Shown here: piece after piece, positions 10,642-21,102 of the stretch
How positions within the stretch are numbered: position 1 is the first letter of the stretch
How the letters are laid out: each line of letters begins with the position of its first letter
NCBI GenBank assembly: GCA_963847185.1
Contig: CAWJYV010000001.1
Coordinates: 270,843 to 334,842, forward strand
Source: an uncultured Methanosarcinaceae archaeon
Lineage (GTDB): Archaea; Halobacteriota; Methanosarcinia; Methanosarcinales; Methanosarcinaceae
Reading direction: 5' to 3'
DNA length: 64,000 nucleotides
Made by a program: the position numbers and the translations under genes
Notes under the pieces: generated by a model
What the model was told of the DNA's origin: nothing
The model's input: the letters and a program-made list of their open reading frames with translations, nothing else
The model's database searches: none

Positions 10642-10960
10642 TAAATCCTGCTAATCTCTGATGATCGATTTTATCTAAATTATAGTTATATATTTGTCTT
10701 TTTAGTTCGATCCTTTGCAGGACTTTTTCGTCCTATATTCTACGATTGTTGCACAGAATCAAGTTTTGTCAGTCACAAAGATTAGTGCTTATATTTTACA
10801 CTTTGTTCTAGTATTTTTCACGAAAATGCCGGTCGTCAGAGACGACCGGTGAGAGCTTGGAGTTAAGGGCCGACTATCTCCAACGATTCTGCCAGTTGAA
10901 GCAAAAAATTAACTTTTATTTCTTGTTCTCAAGCTAAAATTCACTTAATCTATCAGTTTT

Positions 10961-11491
10961 TTACTTATCAGCATCTTCTATCTCAAACTTTATATTTCTC
11001 TTCTTAAGCTCTTTTATAATCTCTTCCATAAACACACCAGGCCCCGGCGCATGGCTGTGGTGGAATTCTTTTACCTTTCCCGGCTCTCCGCCTACGCTGG
11101 TTAGTTTCACACCGCAGGAGGGGCTTTTTGGAACACCGATTATTTTTATATTTATGCCGTTGGCTGCAAGGTCTTCGAGAAGGTCTGCAAAAGGAGTAAA
11201 GAGGTTCTGGCAGAAGCGCCTGTAGGCGGGATGGTCGAGCTGATTTTTAGTGATTTCACGGCGCCTCATTCCAAAATACATGGCTTCGGGGCAGGGGAGC
11301 TGGATTATGTTTGCGCCTTTTGTGTCAAGAGGGGAAGTAGATTTTATGCCTTTGACTCTTGCAAGGGGGTTAAGAAGGCAGTGGCCTATAACGATTACTT
11401 CATTTGTGCTACTATCACTATTGCTTGTGGCTGATTCTTCGGAATTTTGTTCAGTAGTTTGGGAACAATTGTAGTTTTCCAGCTTTTTCAT
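10961..11491 (-). CDS. DUF523 / TudS-related putative Fe-S desulfidase
   Basis: HCLLN, QLPCPE, SPSCG and GVFMEE motifs. Confidence 0.7.
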   Translation of the reverse strand: MKKLENYNCSQTTEQNSEESATSNSDSSTNEVIVIGHCLLNPLARVKGIKSTSPLDTKGANIIQLPCPEAMYFGMRRREITKNQLDHPAYRRFCQNLFTPFADLLEDLAANGINIKIIGVPKSPSCGVKLTSVGGEPGKVKEFHHSHAPGPGVFMEEIIKELKKRNIKFEIEDADK

Positions 11492-11698
11492 CTGAGGACC
11501 TGCTATACTGCTCTTTATACTGCTATTTTATTTGTTATTCTGAGTACGAAAATAAGAGATTATATATTTATCTTCTGCATATGTATCCGAAAATGGTATC
11601 TGTGAGCCTGCATACAAATTACACTTTTGCGGTCAGTAAGGGTTATGGCTGCAAAAGGAATGCAGGAGCACGGCTTTATAATTGGAAGGTCATGGCAC

Positions 11699-12604
11699 AT
11701 GCATGAAGATTTTAGAACAATTATTAGCAGAGGATTCAACAGCTGGACTAGAAATCTGAACATCTGTATTCCATTTATCCTTAGCTATTTTACCAGCATG
11801 ATTCTTTTCTCCTTCTTGGCTGTCTTGCTGGGCGTTTTGCTTTTTTCTTCAAATGCGGCAATTATAGCTGATCCTACTGCTCTTTCAAATGAAGAAATTG
11901 TCTCTATGGTCATGAAGGGGTTTACGGAAAACCTTGGAACTTCCATACTTCTGATTATTGTGTTTTTACTGCTTGAGATGTATGTCCGTTCTTTTTTTTC
12001 AGCAGGAGCTGTCGGAATGGCAAAAAAGGCAGTAGAGACCGGAGACACAGTCTTTACTGATATGCTGGTTTCAGGCTCCAAAAACACATACAGGTTTTTC
12101 CTCATAAATCTGTTAATGTTCCTGCTGCTACTCAGCGGAATCATATTCATAGTGCCTGGGGCCCTTAAGGTTGGGGATTTCAGCGAGTTGTTCGTAAATC
12201 CGGAAGCTCAGTTACCTGGAATGGGACTATTCATTCTTGGAACTATTTTCTGGGGCTTATATCTAATTTTCATAGGTATGATGTTTTCTCTTGCTCCATA
12301 TGCCCTGGTAATTGACGAGCTTGATCCCCTTGAAGCTCTGAAAACAAGTTTTGGTTTTTTTAAGGAAAACAAACTCGATATTTTCTTAATCTGGATAATT
12401 TACATTGGACTGAGCTTAATTAATACTTATGTCGGCGAATTACTAGGCTCCGGAATCCCTCTAGCTTCAGGCTTTAAATTTCTGGTTCCGCTTGTCATTT
12501 TACAGCCGCTTCTAGCTGTTTTCTTGACACGTCTCTATATCAGCAGGAAAGGAAAGAAACTCTATGATCCCTCAGATCTCCTTTCTATTCCAGATGGTTT
12601 CTGA
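11699..12604 (+). CDS. Conserved multi-pass membrane protein
   Basis: Multiple hydrophobic segments; the start is probably at ATG 11699 rather than TTG 11627. Confidence 0.75.
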   Translation: MHEDFRTIISRGFNSWTRNLNICIPFILSYFTSMILFSFLAVLLGVLLFSSNAAIIADPTALSNEEIVSMVMKGFTENLGTSILLIIVFLLLEMYVRSFFSAGAVGMAKKAVETGDTVFTDMLVSGSKNTYRFFLINLLMFLLLLSGIIFIVPGALKVGDFSELFVNPEAQLPGMGLFILGTIFWGLYLIFIGMMFSLAPYALVIDELDPLEALKTSFGFFKENKLDIFLIWIIYIGLSLINTYVGELLGSGIPLASGFKFLVPLVILQPLLAVFLTRLYISRKGKKLYDPSDLLSIPDGF

Positions 12605-12690
12605 TTTGTCCTTTCTTGTATTTGCTTTCCATTTCGAATGCGTTCTGACCTTTCTTCCATTCCGAATGGTTTCTGATCTTTCTTCCATTC
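12580..12690. repeat. Degenerate ~27-bp direct repeats (CTTTC.TCCATTCCGAATGGTTTCTGA) copied from the gene 3' end
   Basis: About four imperfect units visible between the convergent genes. Confidence 0.55.
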
Positions 12691-12736
12691 AAAAAGGCCT
12701 TTAAACGTTCCTTTTTCCGTTTTCATTTCCTTCTAT

Positions 12737-13645
12737 TCATTTCCGGCCGAGCAATTTGCAGGCCTGGCATATATCTTCAGTACAGGTTTCCCCACAGATC
12801 CTGCACTTTTCTATTTTTGCAGGAGGCAGCTGTTTTGCAAGAGCGTCGGTAAGCTTGTCAAAACCCCGCAGTAGAGAATACTTTGTTCCCGGATGTTTTG
12901 CTTCAAAATTGTTTAAAATTTCCCTTACTTCTCCTCGAAGGGCTTCTCCTGCATACGGACACTCGCTAAAGTCTACTGGAAGGGAATTTAATAGCGCATA
13001 GAGGGCTACTTCTTTTTCAGGAATGTTTCTCAGAGGTTTTGCCCGCAGTACAAGGCCTTCTACAACCGCAGGCTGGGCGAGCCTGACCATTCGCTCCATA
13101 TCCCCTCTGAAATGGTTGAGAAGAATTGTCTGGGCTTCGTCATCCAGATTGTGCCCGGTAACCAGTTTAGTTGCTCCGATTTCCTGAGCTAACTTATTGA
13201 GGATATTTTTTCTAAGGACGCCACAGTAGCTGCATGCACCTTTTTCCCGCTCCATTGCTGCCAGTTCGTCCATGGTTACTCCATGTACTTCTTTGAAAGA
13301 CTTTATTACATGCCTGACTCCAAGCATGCTGGTGAGACCTTTTGCAAGTTTCAGGGACTCCAGACGGTATCCGTGTATTCCTTCATCCACCGAAATTGCC
13401 ACAATTTCGATATCAGGTCTATTCCCCAGAATTTTGTGCATCATATATAATGCAACTGAACTATCCTTCCCTCCGCTCAGGGCGACTGCTATCACATCAT
13501 TTTTCTGGATATTGTATTCTTTCCGAATTGTCAGCTTAATTTTTCTCTCAACATCTTCCACAAAATGCTTCTTACAGAGGTGCATTCCGGAATATTTCTG
13601 AAAAATGATAGCTTCATGATTACATTTTTTGCATTTTATTGTCAT
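12737..13645 (-). CDS. TtuA/NcsA/Ncs6-type tRNA 2-thiolation protein (TIGR00269 family)
   Basis: N-terminal CxxC..C..HF zinc finger, PP-loop SGGKDS, CSYCG, GHNLDD, CPY, C-terminal CxxC..CxxC. Confidence 0.9.
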   Translation of the reverse strand: MTIKCKKCNHEAIIFQKYSGMHLCKKHFVEDVERKIKLTIRKEYNIQKNDVIAVALSGGKDSSVALYMMHKILGNRPDIEIVAISVDEGIHGYRLESLKLAKGLTSMLGVRHVIKSFKEVHGVTMDELAAMEREKGACSYCGVLRKNILNKLAQEIGATKLVTGHNLDDEAQTILLNHFRGDMERMVRLAQPAVVEGLVLRAKPLRNIPEKEVALYALLNSLPVDFSECPYAGEALRGEVREILNNFEAKHPGTKYSLLRGFDKLTDALAKQLPPAKIEKCRICGETCTEDICQACKLLGRK

Positions 13646-13757
13646 TTAAAATCCTTTTTTCTGCCAATTCCCTGGAAATATTTTTAAAAAATTGATATGA
13701 GTTTATCAACTCTAATGAATTTAATTTTGCAGCTTTCTTTCAGGAAAGTGACCTCTC

Positions 13758-14954
13758 CTATATATGGTTTCTTACTTCCTTGGCATTTCCTTTTTGCTGC
13801 GCAAGTTTATTTCCGGCCTTGCTTACAACTTCTTCACTGGGAACACCAGCTCTATTCATTTTCCACTGGAACTTGAAAGTGGACCAATCATCGGCTATAT
13901 CTCTAAACCGTTTATATTCCATATTGTATGGTGTAAGGTCAAGCTGTTCATCAATTACCTGGTTTACATATTCTTTATTTGTCTCGAAAACAACCAGTGG
14001 CTCGATAACGTCAGCATTTAAGATATCCATTATATCTCTGCCTTCATATCTTTCAATTAGTTTAGCGCATGCCTCAAAGTGTGAAATTTCCATTTTTGCA
14101 AAATTTTCCCAGATGCTCCTTATTCTTGAATCAGTTTCAGTTTGTGCGCAGGAGAAGTAAATGTAAGCCTCACAAAGCTGCATGAGTGCCGACTTTTCAA
14201 GCATTGTTTCCCGTGGGTCCCCAAGTAGCCCGTACTGGGTCACATGCTGTTCCTCCACATCAGCAATCTAGGAATAAATTTGCCTTGCGAGCTCGTCAGA
14301 ATACATGTTCCCGTGAGTCTTGTAGAAAAGCTCTGTCTGCTGCTCACCTGCAACAATAGTAAGATAATTCATTTTTGTTTTGATATCAGCCGTATCTTTA
14401 TCATAGTGCTTGCGCATGGAGTCGTTTGGGTGACGATGCTCTACAACCGTCGGTCTTCCTGGTTTTACTTCGGTCTTACCCTGAACGATAGACTCATAGT
14501 CTCCTCCCTCCAGATAATCGTAAAGGCAGCTGTAACGATAAAGATGATCGAAATCTTCGAGCAGAGCGAAATCCAGAGTTTGCTTTACATATGGGTCGGG
14601 CTCGTTCCTGGCAAGGTTAGCAGTAAGATCAACAGCTACCTGTTCATACCCAAGTGTAGTTTCTATAATAGTCTGATTAGCAGGATTTAACCAGTCGACA
14701 GTCTGCTGCTGCATGGAATCAACGCGTCGGATTAATGCCATTTGACGCTTGATCTCGGGATCAACAGTCATTCGCTCAATGGCGTGAGACATAAGAACTG
14801 AAGCATTCTCAATCCCATTCATGAGAATCACCCTAGTTCGAGTATAGGCATCTACAGAATTCTTGTTATACGGAGCTTTGACAATTTCTTTCCAGTTCAT
14901 GAACTGTTCTTCTATTGGAATACTATCCATTTCAAAAGGTCTAAACTGTGCCAT
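13758..14954 (-). CDS. Ferritin-like (double four-helix bundle) protein interrupted by one in-frame UAG at 14268-14270; 398 aa if read through, otherwise a pseudogene
   Basis: ORFs 14268..14954 and 13758..14258 are in the same frame: ...ATT TAT TCC TAG ATT GCT GAT GTG GAG GAA CAG CAT. ExxH motifs EDFDH, EEQH and EISH. Confidence 0.8.
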
Positions 14955-15518
14955 TATGGTTTCCCCCAGAATTTTTTACCAGCTCGATCTTTTAATGTGG
15001 TCTGAATTTGTTGGTATGGTCAGATTTTTTAGAAATCTAATATCTGAACAGCCAATTGTCTGAACAGAATTCCACAAAGAGAGATCTTGACCTGTTGCCA
15101 CAGCTTCTTCTCAGCAGAGTCTCCATAAATCTGCGATAATCCCCCTTAAACTCCTATGATCCCCACTGTAAGGCAAGACAACTGGCATCAGCTGGTCAAT
15201 TTAATCCACGTTTAATAATTTGTTTTTCGTGTTTCATTATTTTAACATAATAGTATTATAATTTGATCTATATAATAATCATCATATATTAATTTTAGAA
15301 GGAGTAGCGGATTTTTTTCATGATGATATTAGTATTCGATATGGCTATAATAGCTGGACCGCTATAAAATTATATTAACAGTTTTTAATAAATAAAATTT
15401 TATAATATCGATTTTCTAGTTTGAGAGCTAGAATGATAACTTATAGTACCAGCTTCGAACTGATAGCTGGAAGGTTATAGATTTGTAAAATTTCAGGAGT
15501 TAAACTCGAAGGGATACA

Positions 15519-16613
15519 ATGGCAGATTCATCGGATATGCTGATTTTCTGGGCTGTGGTTATTGCGCGTTTCTTTGTGCCATTAGCCATTCCCAGGTACC
15601 CTCTTCCGGCAGTAATAGCTGCTATGATCCTTGATACCGTAGACCAGACAATATTTCAGCAGTTTACTTCCCTGCCTCTGGAAGGCTACCAGGGCTATGA
15701 TAAGGCTCTTGATATCTATTATCTGACAATTACATACCTTTCAACCCTGCGAAACTGGTCAAACCTTTTCGCCTTTAAAGTAAGCCGCTTCCTTTTCTAT
15801 TACAGAATGATTGGAGTGACCCTTTTCGAGCTAACACACCTGAGGGCACTGTTGCTGATTTTTCCCAATACCTTTGAGTATTTCTTTGACTTCTACGAGG
15901 CCGTCCGCCTGAAATGGAATCCTCTGGTGCTTACAAAAAAGAAAATAATTACAGCTGTAGCTCTTATATGGATTTTTATCAAACTTCCGCAGGAATACTG
16001 GATACATATTGCAAAACTGGATACTACTGACTGGATAAGAGCCAATCCCGCAAATGCCCTTATTCTGATTGGCTATGCTGTATTCCTGCTCGGCATGGCA
16101 TGGTGGCTGCTTCGGGACATGCCTCCCATGAAATCCGGCTTCTCAATTGCAGCCGACCCTCTATCGGCTGCTCCAATAGCTTTTTCCGGACAAGAAAGTG
16201 AAATACATTTTCCGATGATTAGTTCAGCAGAACGCTTCTTCAATAACGCCCTTGTCGAAAAGATAGTGCTTGTATCCCTCCTGAGCATAATTTTTGCCCA
16301 GGTACTTCCTGAAGTTAAATCAAGCAACCTCCAGTTAGCAATAGGCATGGCTATTATCATAATAATAAATACCGCATTGAGCCACTGGCTTGCAAGACGC
16401 GGGAATGAATGGAAATCTATAATTCAGGAGTTCATAGTGATGTCCCTGGCAAACCTGGGCATAGTTCTTGCATTCGACTTCCTGCTGCCCAGATATAACG
16501 GCTCAATAAATCTTTTCAATACACTATTTTTTGTCCTTCTCCTGACCCTGAACGTAACCCTCTATGATAGATACCGCGTGTTGCACACAAGAAACAATGA
16601 TAGAAACAGTTGA
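15519..16613 (+). CDS. Hypothetical multi-pass membrane protein
   Basis: 364 aa with many TM segments; D..D and YQGYDKALD motifs. Confidence 0.75.
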   Translation: MADSSDMLIFWAVVIARFFVPLAIPRYPLPAVIAAMILDTVDQTIFQQFTSLPLEGYQGYDKALDIYYLTITYLSTLRNWSNLFAFKVSRFLFYYRMIGVTLFELTHLRALLLIFPNTFEYFFDFYEAVRLKWNPLVLTKKKIITAVALIWIFIKLPQEYWIHIAKLDTTDWIRANPANALILIGYAVFLLGMAWWLLRDMPPMKSGFSIAADPLSAAPIAFSGQESEIHFPMISSAERFFNNALVEKIVLVSLLSIIFAQVLPEVKSSNLQLAIGMAIIIIINTALSHWLARRGNEWKSIIQEFIVMSLANLGIVLAFDFLLPRYNGSINLFNTLFFVLLLTLNVTLYDRYRVLHTRNNDRNS

Positions 16614-16691
16614 TTTTCCAGGGTAAGAGGTGAAAGGATAAGGACTCTAGAAAAAGAAAGAATAAGACCCTAAAAAAGAGAGAATTTATAA

Positions 16692-17240
16692 TTATGTTCT
16701 TTCCTTCAGCTCATAATAAATATCCAGTAATTTGAGCGTGTTATCCGAGACCCGAACCTCCATGTTCTTGCCAGGTCTGAAAAATGCAAAATGGTGAATC
16801 TCGCTTCTCGGTTCTGGCTTCCCTTTTGCCTCAATTTTAAAAACCTTGGACGCATGAAATTTGAAAAGATACTTTACATTGTATGCCAGAAGCCCTGTCT
16901 CTTCTCTTAGCTCCCGAATTGCGGCTTCAATGCTTGCTTCACCTTTTTTCGGTTTTCCACCCGGAAGCCGGTAGTAAGATCCGGAACTGCTCACAAGCAG
17001 GACTCCTTCATCGGTTTCAACTATTACCGAGCCTCTTCGATTGTCGTACGCGCTGGAAATACCTTTACCCCCTTGAGAAGATTGTGTTTTACGGTTTACT
17101 GCCTGTTGATCAGCAGTAGCCTGAAAATTAAAAAGCCAAATGGAAAATAATGTTACGTTCCAGAACTTATTGCCATTAGGGGTATATGAAATATAATAGT
17201 TAATTAATTTAAAAATGTCTGCTGCCCGATTTATTTTCAA
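16692..17240 (-). CDS. NUDIX hydrolase (true start probably downstream of 17240)
   Basis: Nudix box GGKPKKGEASIEAAIRELREETGL. Confidence 0.85.
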   Translation of the reverse strand: MKINRAADIFKLINYYISYTPNGNKFWNVTLFSIWLFNFQATADQQAVNRKTQSSQGGKGISSAYDNRRGSVIVETDEGVLLVSSSGSYYRLPGGKPKKGEASIEAAIRELREETGLLAYNVKYLFKFHASKVFKIEAKGKPEPRSEIHHFAFFRPGKNMEVRVSDNTLKLLDIYYELKERT

Positions 17241-17732
17241 CTTTTATATATTTTGAGATCCGGTAAATTTTTCGCTCATTGATTTTTCTATTTATTTGAA
17301 GTAGGGTTTTCTTCTGAATATATTTCAGATTGTACTTATGCTTCTTTAATATCTTACCGAAAGACTCAATATATAATAAAGCAGGCTAGATAATTTATTT
17401 AAACATAGAAAAAATATTAAATATGATGTAGACGTTAGTTATTTTATGGAAACGGAATTCAGGAACAATTTACTTTCAGCCGTTTTTTGGCTTCTTGTCT
17501 GGCTTGCTGTCAGGAGTTATTTGAATGTTTACTATCCTTAAATGATTCTTGATGGAGAATTCGAAAAAGAGAAACTTTTAAAACCCATTAAAATCCATTA
17601 AAATCCATTAAACTGTTTCTCGGATTTATTAACTAATCCACTAATCCTATTTTTATTCAGAACCTTTAACTAATTGTAAAAAATTATTAAGATATTATTA
17701 TATCTAATCCTATCTTATAACATGTGATAATT

Positions 17733-18092
17733 ATGGGGAAAGCTACCGAAGAAATCAAGCAAATAAAGGGCTTTGTGCCCAGATCTATTGCCTACGCTGA
17801 AAAGTTGGACGAAAACTTTGCCGAAGGAGTCGCTGGCTTTTATAAAGCTATCTGGGCTGAAAGGGAAGGCGGGCTTTCCATGAAACAGAAACATCTCATG
17901 GTCTTTGCTATTGCCTGTTCCAAGAACAACATAGAAAGCGCAGTAAAAATCCTCGAAAGGCTTCATAAGTTCGGAGCAACCAGAGCTGAGATCAACGACG
18001 TAATGATGATGGTTGCCTGGACCGGCGGGATGCAGAATTTCACGGATTTCAGTGCGCCGGTTCTAAAAGAAATGGAGAGGCTGGGCTTTTAA
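17733..18092 (+). CDS. Carboxymuconolactone decarboxylase (CMD/AhpD-like) family protein
   Basis: GGLSMKQKHLMVFAIA and GATRAEI..V motifs. Confidence 0.85.
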   Translation: MGKATEEIKQIKGFVPRSIAYAEKLDENFAEGVAGFYKAIWAEREGGLSMKQKHLMVFAIACSKNNIESAVKILERLHKFGATRAEINDVMMMVAWTGGMQNFTDFSAPVLKEMERLGF

Positions 18093-18525
18093 AGCCATCT
18101 CTCATATTTTCTCAATTCCTTTTATTCAGGCTTATTTTTCTCTTTTTATAGAATTACTGTGACTTTTATTATTACATAATTATTGTGTACAGTTTTAAAT
18201 TACTTGATATATACAAATTTCATTTTTTTCGAAAGGTTTATTTACTCTGTTCCTGTAGAGAAACTCAAGAACATTTTCAAGTGCAAGCACTTACTTCAGA
18301 CTTGAACTCATATGATTATGTTTAAATAAGGTACAAACATGTACTTCATAAAGGGACTCTAAGACATTTCTTTCAGTTATTATTGAGATATTTGTCCAGT
18401 AAACAAATTAAAAGTCCACATCGGGGAAAAACACTTTTAAAAAAAATACTTTTGAAGAAAAAAACTTTTAAACATAAAGCAAACTGTTTATATCCAGACT
18501 CAATAAAATAAATTATACTCTCCAG

Positions 18526-19071
18526 ATGGAAATATGTATTAAACAAGGCACGTTTCAAAAAGGGGTTGATAGGGTGGAACAGCCGGAAACATGTATAATC
18601 TTTCGAGAGGTGCAGGATCTTCATAATAATCTTTTCTTATTTGCTATCCTTTATCCTGCCTTCTTACTCTGGTGCATCGAAATATACAGTCTGATCTTCG
18701 GAAAACCTGTTATGGTCCAGAATATTTCTGACCTTCACTTATTTACACTCTGGGTTATTTTTGGAGTTTTTTTCCCCCTGCTCTTTTACTGTATTAAACA
18801 CATAACCGAAGTCAGGAAAGATGGAATATATATTCGCTTAATACCTCTGAATAGGTCCTTCAAAAAAATTCCCTTTTATATGGTAGAAGAATGCAAAATT
18901 CAAGCCTATGAGCCTTTTACAGGAAAAGATGTAGAGTTATCGAAAGCCTCAAAGACTGCAAACCTTGTTGTAATTCTTAAACTTATCTCAGGTAAAAAAA
19001 TGCTGATTAACTCCAGAAAACCCGAAGAACTCTACAAAGCAATTACGCAGGCTTCAGCACAACACTGTTGA
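18526..19071 (+). CDS. Membrane protein, DUF6141-like
   Basis: IFREVQ, two TM segments, TEVRKDGIYIRL and INSRKPEEL. Confidence 0.55.
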   Translation: MEICIKQGTFQKGVDRVEQPETCIIFREVQDLHNNLFLFAILYPAFLLWCIEIYSLIFGKPVMVQNISDLHLFTLWVIFGVFFPLLFYCIKHITEVRKDGIYIRLIPLNRSFKKIPFYMVEECKIQAYEPFTGKDVELSKASKTANLVVILKLISGKKMLINSRKPEELYKAITQASAQHC

Positions 19072-19418
19072 TTTTCCTTTTCTGCAGTTCTTATTTTTCT
19101 ATAGATCTTTTATTTTTACCTGTTTTACTTTTAATTTATTATTTTTTACTTTTAATTTATTTTACTTTTAACTTTATTTTACTTTTTCTGAACTTCCGGG
19201 CTCTCATATTTTAAGTCTTTAATCTTTTCGTAAAGTGGCAGCGATTACTCAGGATTCGCTGGTATTTTTATACTCCGATTTTCAATGTATTTTATACATG
19301 AATGTTTGTTTTGTACTGGATATTCATGGCACACGCCAGTTCGAAAATCAAACAGATTAGAGGGAATATAAAATTAGAAATTTAGAAGTCTTCAGGGGGG
19401 AGAAACATCAAAAAAAGC

Positions 19419-20051
19419 GTGGGGAAAAAGTTTTCACAGGAAGGGACGGAGTCGCTTTACAGAGCCCATGCCGGAAAACCTATTATTGAACTTGAACTCA
19501 ATAGTATGAGGCAGCTTTTTGATTCTTTTGATCCCGCCCCTTTTCATGAAAGAGATCTTGATCTGGATGCCGAAGAATATATTTACAACGCTGTAGACGA
19601 ATTTCCTCTGAAAAAGGATCTCGAGATCATGATACATATTCCTCCCACCGAATTTTCTGCAGAAACCGAAAATGCCATTAAAAAAGCTATCAGGAATCAT
19701 TTTTCCTACAAAAAAATACTTGCTGATCTTGAACTAAGGAGGCTTCTCTACAGGGGGAGGATAAATTTCATAATAGCTCTTGTTTTCCTTTTTCTGTGCC
19801 TTCTCACGATCAGGCTGCTTTCCACTTTTGAAGAAAGCCTGATAAACACTTTGCTTTCCGAAGGGCTCCTTATAATCGGCTGGGTCGCGATGTGGGATCC
19901 AATACATATTTTCCTCTATGGCTGGTGGCCAATTGTCCACAAACGCAATATTTACCAGAAAATCATTAATATGGATTTATATGTGGGAGTAAGAACTTCA
20001 ACAGGAAAGAAAAATTCTCGCTACTTTTTTACCTCAAAAAAAGAAAACTGA
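19419..20051 (+). CDS. Hypothetical 2-TM protein, paralog 1
   Basis: QLFDSFDPAPFHERDLD and EGLLIIGWVAMWDP..FLYGWWP; highly similar to 20264..20875. Confidence 0.85.
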   Translation: MGKKFSQEGTESLYRAHAGKPIIELELNSMRQLFDSFDPAPFHERDLDLDAEEYIYNAVDEFPLKKDLEIMIHIPPTEFSAETENAIKKAIRNHFSYKKILADLELRRLLYRGRINFIIALVFLFLCLLTIRLLSTFEESLINTLLSEGLLIIGWVAMWDPIHIFLYGWWPIVHKRNIYQKIINMDLYVGVRTSTGKKNSRYFFTSKKEN

Positions 20052-20263
20052 TATCTCTCCAGTTCTGAGAATTGAAAATTCTTTACTGATATCCGTCCAT
20101 TAATCCATATATATTTTAGTTTAGTTTTTAAAATAATTAACGTTATTCATCTTTTTATTTAGTGTTAGATAGGCAAAAAGGAAAGCCTTATATTTAACTG
20201 AATGATTAATTATTAAAAGTATATCCTGAAAATGAAAAATATTCTATAGAAGGTAGATATAAA

Positions 20264-20875
20264 ATGGTATGGGGAATCAATTTTTCCCCTGAAGGAACGG
20301 AAGCTCTTTACGTGGAGCACGATGGAAAATTTTTGATTGAAGTTGAACTTCGTAGTATGATGCAGATCTTTAATTCTTTTGATCCTGCTCCCTTTCACGA
20401 AAAAGAGCTTGACGCGAGTGCAGAAGTATATATCTATAACTCGGTAGGAGAATTCCCTCTTAAAACGCCGCTTGGACTTATGATACATCTGCCCTCTTCG
20501 GAAATTGGAAAAGACACGGAAGAAACCCTCAAGAACGCTATTAAAAATCATTTTTTCTACAAAAAACTCCTTATTGATCTTGAACTGAGAAGGATGCTTC
20601 AACGGGGAAGAAGAAACCTGATGATCGCCTTCGGCTTCCTTTTTCTGTGCCTGCTCCTCATCCGGTTCCTCTCAACCTTTGAAGGAGGCCTGTTAAAGAG
20701 CACGCTTTCCGAAGGTCTGACTATTATCGGATGGGTAGCTCTATGGGAACCTGTTACTGTTTTCCTCTACGGATGGTGGCCTCTTATCCAGAAAAAAAGT
20801 ATTTACGAAAAAATCATTGGCATGGATACATATCTAGTGGCAGACTCGTCTGCAGGGGAGAAAAAAATCTACTAA
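20264..20875 (+). CDS. Hypothetical 2-TM protein, paralog 2
   Basis: Tandem paralog of 19419..20051. Confidence 0.85.
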   Translation: MVWGINFSPEGTEALYVEHDGKFLIEVELRSMMQIFNSFDPAPFHEKELDASAEVYIYNSVGEFPLKTPLGLMIHLPSSEIGKDTEETLKNAIKNHFFYKKLLIDLELRRMLQRGRRNLMIAFGFLFLCLLLIRFLSTFEGGLLKSTLSEGLTIIGWVALWEPVTVFLYGWWPLIQKKSIYEKIIGMDTYLVADSSAGEKKIY

Positions 20876-21102
20876 ACCTTATTTCAGAATACTGATCTCG
20901 AACACGTGGGGGAGCTAGTAACCACTCGACAGTAGTTCAGTCTGTCAATGCAGGCAGTGATGACATAAAATCGGAGAAAAGGGCAGGACACCCCGGGAAG
21001 AGGTGTGATATATGCCCCTTCTCGAGACAGACCTTGGACAGACCAGTAGGGAAACCTGGCCGCATCTTCAATTAAGATTCTGAAATTCTCGGTGATACGG
21101 CT

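Noticed and set aside
14980-15190. Possible small minus-strand ORF with an internal TGA upstream of the ferritin-like gene
   Set aside because: No recognisable homology or SECIS-like context; Methanosarcina are not known to use selenocysteine.
20905-20930. Group II intron 3' end (GGGGGAG..CCACTCGAC)
   Set aside because: No domain V consensus or RT/maturase nearby.
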